DNA of 63,810 nucleotides, filler included, from Reticulomyxa filosa (taxonomy: Eukaryota; Protista; Foraminifera), in NCBI GenBank assembly GCA_000512085.1. It is 20 parts of 20 records of this genome, joined end to end, with 100 filler letters (N's around TTAATTAATTAA, not from the genome) between each part and the next. Parts side by side here need not be neighbours in the genome. Positions count along the whole stretch, not along the records: positions 8,870 to 16,895 come from ASPP01007525.1; positions 16,996 to 18,675 come from ASPP01021068.1; positions 18,776 to 21,334 come from ASPP01008463.1; 17 more parts are not named here. One strand, written 5' to 3'. The position numbers and the translations under genes are program-made. The notes under the pieces are model-generated. The model had not been told where the DNA came from and ran no database searches. It was given only the letters and a program-made list of their open reading frames with translations. Positions 11,801 to 21,434 of the stretch are shown piece by piece. Numbering within the stretch: position 1 is the first letter of the stretch; every line of letters starts with the position of its first letter.

Positions 11801-11950
11801 CTGCGACGAATATGTCTCCTCGTTCACTGTTATCTCGCTTCCCTTTTTGTACAGTCCTACGTCGTCTGTTGACCATACCAAATCGTCTCCTCTACTGCAT
11901 GCACTCAGGTACGAGGCACACGCTATCACCACCAAGACTACTACCGTCAT
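8897..11950 (-). CDS. Single-pass membrane receptor-like protein: signal peptide, 7 beta-propeller-like repeats, TM helix, coiled coil, Cys4 module, RelA/SpoT-like nucleotidyltransferase domain
   Basis: Intronless ORF with first ATG at 11950 (MTVVVLVVIACASYLSAC). Repeats follow EFxVNxxTxxxQxxPxVxxLxNGGFVVVW. TM is AIIYGSILGAVVFLGSVMLAI at ~10610-10672. RSH-like motifs are LKxxxRxxEK, DIGRFTILC, KDFF...HHRFHNV and VEMQ at ~9400-9720. Confidence 0.85.
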   Translation of the reverse strand: MTVVVLVVIACASYLSACSRGDDLVWSTDDVGLYKKGSEITVNEETYSSQTSPSATQLSNGNIIVVWEDRHTSDGTYDIYGQLYKSTGEKVYSNFVINTYKTDDQKSPWVSALSNGGFVVVWQTSDTNSSSDRIHGQRFSSATNKVGSEFIASDRVYTASQTSPVVMSLPSGGFIVAWSMYNSTMEYYKVHGRVFDSNGAKSGSEFVVNNCWTTSDANVPSMALSSQEEVVLALACNANDGSNKPDVYGQVRGTNGSVSGSLFLVNSRTYQAQKNPTVALLPNGELLFAYQDYVEEDTRYAISGQRFSSSMVKYDEVQLSNSSYSLNEPRIGVFTNSSFIIVYWGLTASTLGQYFGTDGSRIGPEFEVGDYYLCTTPNIIVLSDAAFVLFYECESDIRAQWYYFGVPSHSSRHSSGSSSSSSSTSSAIIYGSILGAVVFLGSVMLAIRTVCMRYMEEKRKMQRQREYEIQMQEQEHKRKLQEDQRKHLEEQLERQRRYAEQQRERELEQERERQEREKEREQERTREQEHEMELEHERRRQAPNASGDRRVVVDVHSQQSAFASQEGSVMIEGQEEGIPQRLNTNNNEDTLKHGIKLEEIGKIDSGANLLGFCKNATDKCLAARNKLPTWINLGYTRKGDEPFLINSEALFICPTCEEKCIEGIQKIQFFNAEYSVKTFFRRTDVIPPSNNYKYTYALKPNDILAVEARKIRQHATSLEDLIERSRKAMSSPDLQRLLSELAKYKVIIAKPDLKGDGRLQEKIEADYDGDFNCVFDIGRFTILCPHAFSLEAAVNVVKSAPEFNMIVSEDKDFFNAKSKTHHRFHNVKLFLKDYDVYVEMQATLKRFTTLKEFTEIENPKLSHDFYELVRAWKPTTEKGANLKKASERALQDINDIICEWADEKEIKEKADRYDSSIDVNSLILPAPLELVADKLAKFVHDILALWKPQAAKGKAIYQVLFLFYKEIVLGKDAMVIRRRYVVEEVVEYVPENNNQQSLVSNANPSLPSIVVINNQLK

Positions 11951-13459
11951 TCGAATTGTCAAAGTGCCAGTTTGCAAAAAATATTACACCAAATAGGGAT
12001 GTTCGCTTTCTGTAGGATACAGAATGGTAACCGCTTCTGTTTTTACGGTTTGGAGAGCAAGGGTTTGGGTTTCCTTTTTCGACTAGTTCACTTCCCCCTC
12101 CCTCCCCTTCTTTCCTGTGGTCACTTGGGTCTGCTTTTTTTTATATGCTACGAGAAACAGTTTGCAAACAAGGATTTATAATTTCTTTACACGTGGAGAG
12201 AAAAAAACTATGAGAAAAAAAAAAAACGTTTTATACGTTAAGAAACTCCTACGTTTAAACGGAAAGCATATGAGAGACCTTGGTCGTTGTTCACCTCAAT
12301 TTTTTTTTAGTCCAAATAGAAACAAGCATATTTAACAAAAACTCTGACCATTTTTTACAACAATCCAGGGCAAATAAAGATTACATGCCATGGGGTCACT
12401 AACAGTCGTTTGATAAAAACACGCTCAAATAGGCCAAACAATATCAAGTGCTTATACGTACACTTAGGTAAAAGTGTAACAATGAAAACACTCTCCAAAA
12501 TGGTAGCACGATATGCAATGCCAATCAAAAAATGAAAAACAGTGTGCGCCCGTGTAGGAACGTAGTCCTATTACACGTGTGATCATTTATCAAGTAAAAG
12601 AGGTATCCAAAATACAATCAAACAGTAATGCACCTGTGTCATGTTTGAGATTACACTATCATAATGTTACATTAGAGGAGCGGAACGATAAACCTTCTCT
12701 TAATAGTTATTACTGTGATTATGCACAAAAACATTTGTGTACGAAACGTAAAAAATGACCGGTGAAAGTATTGCTTGCATTTTCTGTTCAAACTTGTAAA
12801 TTTTGCAGTATATTTTTAGATTCGTTTGATTGAGTTCCATAATTACTTTTTCCTAAATTGGTACAAAATTTACTTTTATTTTAAAGACATCAAATAGATT
12901 TATTTAAGGGTGTAAACCTTAGTGGCCTTTCTTTGGCTACAAACACAACAGTGAAAGAATACTCTTAAGCTTAACGCAATCGAAATTTTGCTGTTCTTTT
13001 GAATAAAAAAGAAAACATGAGCGTGTTTAAATAGTATAGCCAAGTGCTACGTTATATGATTGTTTTCTCATCCAGCAACATTTATTATCCCAATAAACAG
13101 AATGAAAACTGTTTAAAAAGTTGTAAATTTGATGTGAGAAATAAAGTTATCAATCCTTTCATTCAAAAAAATAGTTTAAAAACGAATTAAAAATATAATA
13201 ACACTCACAATAAAAAAATATTATCAATTATATACACAAAAATAAAAACTCAAAGCAATAAAATTTTTGGAAACGCAAGTTTTGATAAAACAAATCGGGA
13301 ATGGCAAATAGGCAAAAATGCCTAGTGAAGATGGATTATTGATTTATTGTGCATAAGCAAAGAAATCAAAAGCGTTTGTTTTAAATATGCAAAGTTTAAA
13401 CACTTGAGTTTTTAAATATACATAATTATGAAATAAAAACAAACTAAAAAAATAATCTG

Positions 13460-13560
13460 AACATAGTTTATAATGAACTTGTTGAATTCAAATCCACCCT
13501 CGTTGAATTAACGAATATCGAATCCAATTGTCCAATATCGCATTAATATTTTTTTCTAAC
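13460..13560 (-). pseudogene. Remnant exon carrying the NWIRxxxxxRGWIxEFNK motif
   Basis: Translates KNINAILDNWIRYSLIQRGWI-(frameshift)-EFNKFIINYV; the same motif occurs at ~2000 and ~48070. Confidence 0.55.
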
Positions 13561-14742
13561 TGTTTAATAATTTTTTTAAATATTATTAGTGCCTTCCCTA
13601 TTTTCTGACCACTGAAATCGGGATGGTTGCTCTGGTAACTTGCGTCAGTTGACTTTCTGCAGGCAATGATATCCCTGATATCGTGACGCAACGTCCTATT
13701 TTGACGCTAGTCAAGTGATTTATTCAACCCAAAGCAATTTGTTCAAACAAACCTCTTCAAGGATAAGTTCCACAGACTTACAAAAAATCGTTATAAAACG
13801 TGATTGTATTCTTATCATAAATATAAGTTTCTATACTCAAACTATTGGAATAGATAAACACTTTGCAGTGAAAATTAAACATAATAATACATACGATTAC
13901 AGTGAAAGATGTTACTTCTATGTTTTACACAAGCTAGTTTTTTTAATTCCAAAAATTTCTCTTTTTAAATTTTGAGCTAATTCTTTTATCTTTATTACTC
14001 AACAACAAAAAATAGAAACGATGTGCGCTACATAAATATAAAATCTCATAATTATAAAAGAAATTGTTATTTTATCATACAACCAAAAACGAATAATTAG
14101 TACACGTAAATAAATCAAAACCACCAGTGTATGTGTAAATACAGGCCAAATAAATCATGAATAAATGTAATAACAAAAAAAAGATGCTCTTTTAAAACCA
14201 TAATGTTTATTAGATGGTCGACTTCATATGCATGTCCAAGATACACACATTTACTTCTTCAATAAAGAAGGTGCAGAGAGCTATCTTTAAAAATCACATT
14301 GCTGTCCGAGGTTTATACGTCAGCACTTTGATTGCCAAAAAATATTTTTATATCAGACATCATTCTAAAAAGTGGCGATTTTCGACTTTTTAACTGTCTT
14401 ACTTCGAGACTAAAAAAATTGTTAAAAAGTTCCATAGAAATCAATTATAAATACGTAAATATTATTTTTTAAATTTGTTTGCGGCCCTTTATGTTTTGGT
14501 CGTCAACTTTCTGTAAACAACTGTACAAAAAATATAAAATAATTATACAGTTGTTGTGCAACAGGAAAAATTGCAATAATATTTTAGAAGCAAATATTTT
14601 CATAAAATTTTTTGTAAACTAATTATTGTTCAAAAAACGTAAAATTGTTGCTTAAAATTGCATTCAAAATAAAAGTATACAGTAAGCTTTAAAACAGTTG
14701 GCCATAAAAATAAAAAAAAAAGGGAAAAAAAGAAAAGAAAAG

Positions 14743-14789
14743 AAAACTACTGGTCAGGAGGCACTTCGTGCCGCCTGACCAGTAGTTTT
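14743..14789. repeat. Isolated inverted repeat / hairpin
   Basis: AAAACTACTGGTCAGG-A-GGCAC-TTC-GTGCC-G-CCTGACCAGTAGTTTT: a 16-bp perfect stem plus a 5-bp inner stem. Confidence 0.9.
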
Positions 14790-17379
14790 GCTTTCTTTTA
14801 TTCTTTTTTCATTTCTTTCCTTTTTTTTTTATTCGTTGAGTTCTACAAAAGTGTGTTTTTGGCATATCTTTTGAAATCTAAACTGTATCGAGTAAAACTT
14901 TATTCTACGTATGGACGGATTTGCAAAAATGATAGCGATGCGTCATATCTCTTAGTGTATTTCAAAGTATGTATTTTTCATACAAGAACAAAACAAAGAT
15001 ATTCTTTTAGTGTGAAAAGCGTAGATTATTTTAGAACAAATTCTGTTTCATTGATGTTTGCAAGCCAAGTCAGTACGTTTGAGCAATTTTTTTCATTGAT
15101 TGATGAAATTTGTTGATTTGTTGCAAAGTGAATTTGATGATGTGTTTATTTGTTTAAGGAGTGATTCCAACATTGATTGCATTTTTTAACTTTTGTTTTT
15201 GTTATGTGGCAATTTGCGTTGATTGTTTTGGTTTTTTTTTGAAATGTTTCAAATAAAAACATCATCTAATTATTTACAAATTTTTTTTTATTATGTAATT
15301 GTGCAAAGGTGTAAATTTTGCGTTTGATGTTATTGTTGAGCGTATTCGATTAGGTGTTAATTGCGTTTTTGTTATCAAATTGGCGACAGCAGTGTATTAT
15401 CCTTTTAACAAAACCATTCAACGGACGAATTTTTCAAATTTAGTCTAATTTAATGATCCAGCAGCAGAAGTCAGCCTTTCTTTCATTGTCGAGCACAGAC
15501 TTATTGAAGTGGAAAATGTTATACAAGCTTGTACTAACGTTTGCATGTAGAGTGGATCTTTTCAGTTCAACATTTGGTTGATATTTTGCCCTTCCAAATT
15601 GAATAAAGCGCATTTACTAATTGTCTAAGTAATTGAATGAAACATGCTATCTTAATTGCATACGAAGAAGTCTCATTATAATTACTAAGCTTGATAGAAC
15701 CAGGCTAATAGAAATTGATTTATTTTTCAGAAATAGGCGGGACGATAATTATAACGAAGTACATGAACGAAATACGTGCGGTAGGGCCAATCACTTATGA
15801 ATTAACATCAAGGCAAGCATAAAGATCTTCACATATGGTCTCAAAGTAATGTTATTTATTAAGAGACTGCATCCATCAAAATTGATTTCCAAAACACTTT
15901 CGACACATGCAAGAGAATTGTGTCATTTCAACTAAATCGAGAAAAAGTGCCACCCCTACTTGGGAGGCAAACTAACAATTGTGTTAGCAGACGTATAACA
16001 CTATGCACGTCACAATATTACATTTTATCATCACTTCTCTTTCATCAGTGTTAGCAGTACTAAAAATTTAAAAACTTTTATTAATTTAACACCTCACAAA
16101 CAATGATACTATTATTAAAAAATTAACTGCAACTATCAAAGTAAATTACTTGTTAAAGCAATTTTGATAGCACAAATTCAATAATTAACTGCCAGCACAT
16201 ATACCATAAAAACACAAAAGATCATTGACAAATTCCAAAAATTTACATTAAATCCGACCGCCCATACATACGACATAAATTCGTTAAATTATAAATAACA
16301 ACGTGGTTTTTCAATTTTTTTTCAAAAAGCTTAGTCGATCGTTATTGTTTATGCTTCAACCTTCATACCCCATCAGGTACATCAAATTGTACTTGCCTTC
16401 AGGAGAAAGATTAAATGATTTGGCATGTTTAATGTTGATAAGATACAGTATATTATTAATTTGCTCCTTTTTGTTTGTATTACTAAGTTTTATGTTTAGC
16501 AAGCGTAGTACATAATGCAATGTGTAAGTTTTTACTTTAGGGCTTACGTTATTTTTTTTAATTTTAAAAGCAAAAGGAATTTTAATTGAAAAATTTAACC
16601 TTGTGATGCATGAAGGACACTCCAATACTAAAAATTTTTTGTTTAATAAATAATTTAAGATGCTGAACGTAAAAGGTGGCTAACAGAAAATTCTTGTAGA
16701 TATTTACTACTTATTGCCTTTTCAAATTTGTATTTATTGAACAGATCAGGCAATTTTGTGTTATCAATATATTCACTAATTGCAATCCATTTTTATTGTT
16801 TTCGTTTTTCCAAACAAAGGCTGGTTCTTTTTAAATTCTCTTTTCATATCATTGTTTGATTCAATAATATTATCTTCCATATTGACAATTTTAATNNNNN
16901 NNNNNNNNNNNNNNNNNNNNNNNNNNNNNNNNNNNNNNNTTAATTAATTAANNNNNNNNNNNNNNNNNNNNNNNNNNNNNNNNNNNNNNNNNNNNTCGGT
17001 TATCACATATCATATTGCAACAAGCACAGTGGCAAACACAATATTTACAAACAACTTAGACAAGCAAAGCCCCCCATAAATACAAATCTGGGTGTATCTA
17101 TCAATCTCGATAATATTTCTATTATCAATGCATATATCAGTAACAATTCGATTGAAACGATGAACAAAGAGCCAGTGCAATTATCAGATAAAATATTGGA
17201 GCAACGGTTGGATATAACCGCATTACCATTTGACAAATATTGTTACGAAAATGACTTTGATTGCTCCACTATTTATAATCACACATCATCGTACATTTAA
17301 TATCAATTAAAATAATCATTGTCATTGTTATCACTAATATCGACTAACGATCACATTAATTCTCAATTGAAATATATAG

Positions 17380-18280
17380 CACAATTATCCGTTGCAACGA
17401 CTTTGGAGTATTTCATTTTGTCACCACTATGGCTCTGTATCTACTGATACCCAAATGAAGAAGAATAATCAAGGCGATAGATGTCGTCATCCTACTTGCT
17501 ATGCGATGCAAATCGTACTACATCGCTGCAAGTTGATGCTGTGCCCCATGGAATACATACAATTAAAAACGTGAGCGATTGAGCAACAAATCGAGCATTG
17601 AAGAACATACAAGATAGCTTTCTTCACTTACATCACGTGCATCCATTCGCGCTGTCAAAAGCACATCACAATTGTGAAACACAAAGAAAATTCTAATGGT
17701 ATGATCTTTGCGCCAGTGGATACAACAGACACTCTGGTCTTACAACAAGGTGACACTATTCTCGCCTCTTATAAAAAAGACAGCATCTCTTGTGCCAAGC
17801 TTTTGTATTGGATGGGTTGAAAGTTAATTACATCATACGCAAGTGTTTTATGTACACGTATACATATATATGTTTGTATACTTAATTTAGTAAATTTTGT
17901 TTTTTTTAATAAAAAAAGGGCATTGTTTGAAATCGAACAATAAACTCGCAGAATCAGAACAATTTCTGATGAAAGCAATAAAATTGAACCCAATGACTAG
18001 CAAAGCTTGGAACGCGCTGGGAAATATCTACACAATCAACGACAAGCCTTTGGCAAGTAAGTATTGCTATGATAGCGCGATCGTGCAACAAGCGTATGGC
18101 AATAGCGGCAATGTGATGATGAGTTATCTTTATCTTTCAAAAATATTGCGATCGCCGCACTTGCTTAAAAACAGCACTAAGCTATTGGCCAACGCAAATC
18201 TGTCTTTGGAATACGCCAAAAAAGTATTAATCATGTCGCAAAAGACAAAAAACAAAGTTTGTAACTCCATTGGCGAGTAG
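17380..18280 (+). pseudogene. TPR protein resembling the TTC5 N-terminus; upstream exon contains stops
   Basis: AESEQFLMKAIKLNPMTSKAWNALGNIY...LYLSKILR...SLEYAKK parallels the TTC5 TPRs. In-frame TGAs occur at ~17572 and ~17599. Confidence 0.5.
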
Positions 18281-18796
18281 GACAAAGTGGAGTTTTTGGA
18301 AAGTCTGATCAAAAGGAGATGGATCATTTTCCAATGCTGCCAACAGCGAATTTAGCGGAATTGTTTTTTGGTACGTATGTACAGTAATTATTTAAAAACA
18401 CTATGTATGTACGTATTTTTGGTTTGTCTGATAACGAATAGAAATCATTGTCAAAGACTAGTCAATGCAATTTGGAGAATGAATTACTTATTTTAAAAAA
18501 TGTAGTTATTAAGTGATTTGTTGCACTAGGAAGTGCATTAAAAATAACACTGCAAAAAAAGTTTGTTTGATTTATCGTAATCTCTTCCTTATCTGTGCCC
18601 ATCTGTTTTTTACTGTTGGTGTATTCCTTTTTGTATTTTTTTCAATTATAAAAGTAAAAAAAAAAATGAACATTCNNNNNNNNNNNNNNNNNNNNNNNNN
18701 NNNNNNNNNNNNNNNNNNNTTAATTAATTAANNNNNNNNNNNNNNNNNNNNNNNNNNNNNNNNNNNNNNNNNNNNTGATAGTAGTAATGATAATGT

Positions 18797-19838
18797 GTTG
18801 AATATATCAGAAGAAAAAGAAGAAGAAAAAAAAGAAAAGAATTATTATCCAGGAACAAAATGGATAAGAATGAAAGAAAGAGAGAATCCATGGAAAAAGG
18901 GAGAAGAAGAAGAAGAAGAAGAATATAAACCAGAAATATATGATCCAGTAGATCCATCAAAGGTTTTTTTTTTTTTTAAAAAAAAATATGAATAAAGAAT
19001 ATTTATTTGGATTAAAAAAAAAAAAATAGATAAAAGTAGCAAATGGACCAGATGAAGGAATAGAAAAAGTAGAAAATGGTAAAGTAAAATATAAATTTAA
19101 TGAGATAGATAATGGAATAAATCGAAAATCATATTTAGGAGAATATAAGATTGTGAATAATTTACCAAGAAATCCAATAGGAAAAACAGGAATAAAAGGA
19201 AGAGGACAATTATGGAGATGGTAAATATATTTAATTTAATTTTAATTTTAATTTAATTTTATTTTATTTTATTTTATTTTATTTTATTTTATAATAGGGG
19301 ACCTAATCATGCAGCAGATCCTATTGTTACTAGATGGAAAATAGATAAAACAACTAATTCAAAAATAATTGATCCTATTTCTAAAAAACCTATTCTTGAA
19401 TTTATTGCTATTCTTCGTAAAGATGGTGGTGGTTGGGCTATTCCTGGTGGAATGGTTGAATCTGGTGATACTGTATCTAATACATTAAAAAAAGAATTTG
19501 GTGAAGAAGCTTTAAATTCATTAGATTCTAATCTTACTACTGAACAAAAAAAATCTTTAGAATCTTCTTTAAATTATTTCTTTTCTCATTCTCAATTTTC
19601 TCATCTCATTTTTAAAGGTTATGTTGATGATCCTAGAAATACTGATAATAGTTGGATTGAAACTGTTGCTGTTAATTTTCATGATGATCAAGGTATTTAT
19701 GCTTCTCGCTTTCCTTTACATGCTGGTGATGATGCTGCTTCTGTCACTTGGATGACTGTCTCTGATCATTTACAATTATATGCTTCTCACAAACTTTTCT
19801 TACATCAAGTTGCTTTATTTCATCATGCTCATTGGTAA
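18797..19838 (+). CDS. NUDT9: ADP-ribose pyrophosphatase, NUDT9 family (5'-partial, 2 introns)
   Basis: [40 protein letters not shown]...KKEFGEEA and GYVDDPRNTDNSWIET motifs. Introns at ~18963-19029 and ~19222-19296. Confidence 0.92.
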
Positions 19839-20300
19839 CCCATCCTTTGCCAGTTACTTTTTTTAAACTTTCCTTGCAATTATAATTATAAGACGTATTT
19901 TTGGTTCATGTACTCTAAAAACCGATGTTAATACATTTTCATCCTTTTTTCAATTTTAACAATAGAGTGCATCAGATTTATGAAGTTGTGTCGTTTTGGG
20001 GGAAAAAGATTAACATTTTATAACTAATTGCCAAACATAAAAATGTCATATTGATATCATCTTGTTACGCAAGATAAAGTAGATAAATTATACAAGACTT
20101 AGCAATACATTGTCTAAATATTTTTAAAAATTAATTTGTTATTGTTCACCAAAGCTAGAATGATAAATATCTTATTTGTGTTCGATGTTTTGAATTATGT
20201 GAAGAGATTCTTTGTATTCACTTTATATAATGAATTAATACTTTTACAATATGCATATGTTTATCAATTACAATTTCCTTCGCAATTACTTGGTAGCTAT

Positions 20301-20603
20301 TGTAGTATTCATGATATGTCGAAATAAGCAATTCTCCCAAAATCCAAGTGAACTTTGGGTGCCAAATGTGGGTTTTCTGCTGAAAGAGGTGCGCAAACTG
20401 TAATACGAAAGGTTTTCGCTCTTTTGAGCAATTTAAAACAAAAGAATAATAAATTAAATAAAAGAGAAACAAATAACAAGATTCAACAAGTGAAAGAGGA
20501 AAGACAAGTCGTGAAAGTGAGTATTGTGTTGTTAGAATAAAGGAGTTCCAAAGTTCACTCGGATTTTACGGATTGCTTATTACAACATATCATGAGTAAT
20601 ACA
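20301..20603 (-). mobile_element. Putative 3' LTR (TG...CA, 303 bp) with long terminal inverted repeats
   Basis: On the minus strand it starts TGTATTAC immediately after the purine tract GGGGGAA (PPT-like) and ends ATACTACA. The ends are ~58-bp imperfect inverted repeats. Confidence 0.7.
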
Positions 20604-21334
20604 TTCCCCCAATCTTTGCTTCATCCGGGCAACATCTGAGATCGTGAATGTTCACATTTCATTTGCAACTCGAAGTTTCAATTTCGTGATAAGCATTTAA
20701 CGGTTTTAAAGGTGGTTCCAAACGAAGTGATGAATCATCTACTGATACGCTGGATAACAACGTATTGACCAACAAGCTTTGGTAATAGTTTTGATTTATT
20801 TCCGACTATTTGATCTCCGACAAATAATAACACATATTCACTGATTTTGAAATTATATATGTATATTTTATTGTTTTCGAATTTTGTGAGCTTTGTATTA
20901 TAGGTATTTTGTGCTACAATTGCGCCATCGAGAATTATTTGTAAATGCTTTTGCAAGGAATTATTGTATTCTACAACAGATTATGACAATTTCAAGTTCG
21001 TTTCCGAATGTTTGCAATTTAACATCTGGTATTAAATAAAATTTTTGTAATTCGTACGGACTGACCATAGTCATTTTATTGGAGTCATATTATAATATGT
21101 AACAATGCAAGGTAAAAGTAACTATCAATATGACATCAATACAACTTGCTGGATTATATTTATTGAAATATTCAAATAGAATTAGTAACCAAATTGATCA
21201 TAAGCAAATTATTTTGTTGTAAGGAAGACAAATATGTAAGATATAAAAGCTATTTTCAATCAAATATGAAAAATGGATTAAATGAATAATCATAAATACG
21301 AATACTTATTTATTTCATTCACAAATATCTTACA
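20604..21334 (-). mobile_element. Degenerate Gypsy/Ginger-type integrase C-terminal region
   Basis: LLPCIVTYYNMTP..KMTMVSPYEL (end of the integrase core) and SKLLPKLVGQYVVIQRIS (GPY/F motif), with stops and frameshifts. Confidence 0.7.
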
Positions 21335-21434
21335 NNNNNNNNNNNNNNNNNNNNNNNNNNNNNNNNNNNNNNNNNNNNTTAATTAATTAANNNNNNNNNN
21401 NNNNNNNNNNNNNNNNNNNNNNNNNNNNNNNNNN

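Noticed and set aside
8897-19838. RSH-like synthetase plus Nudix hydrolase as a synthetase/hydrolase gene pair
   Set aside because: They lie on different contigs separated by two spacers, and NUDT9 is an ordinary conserved gene.
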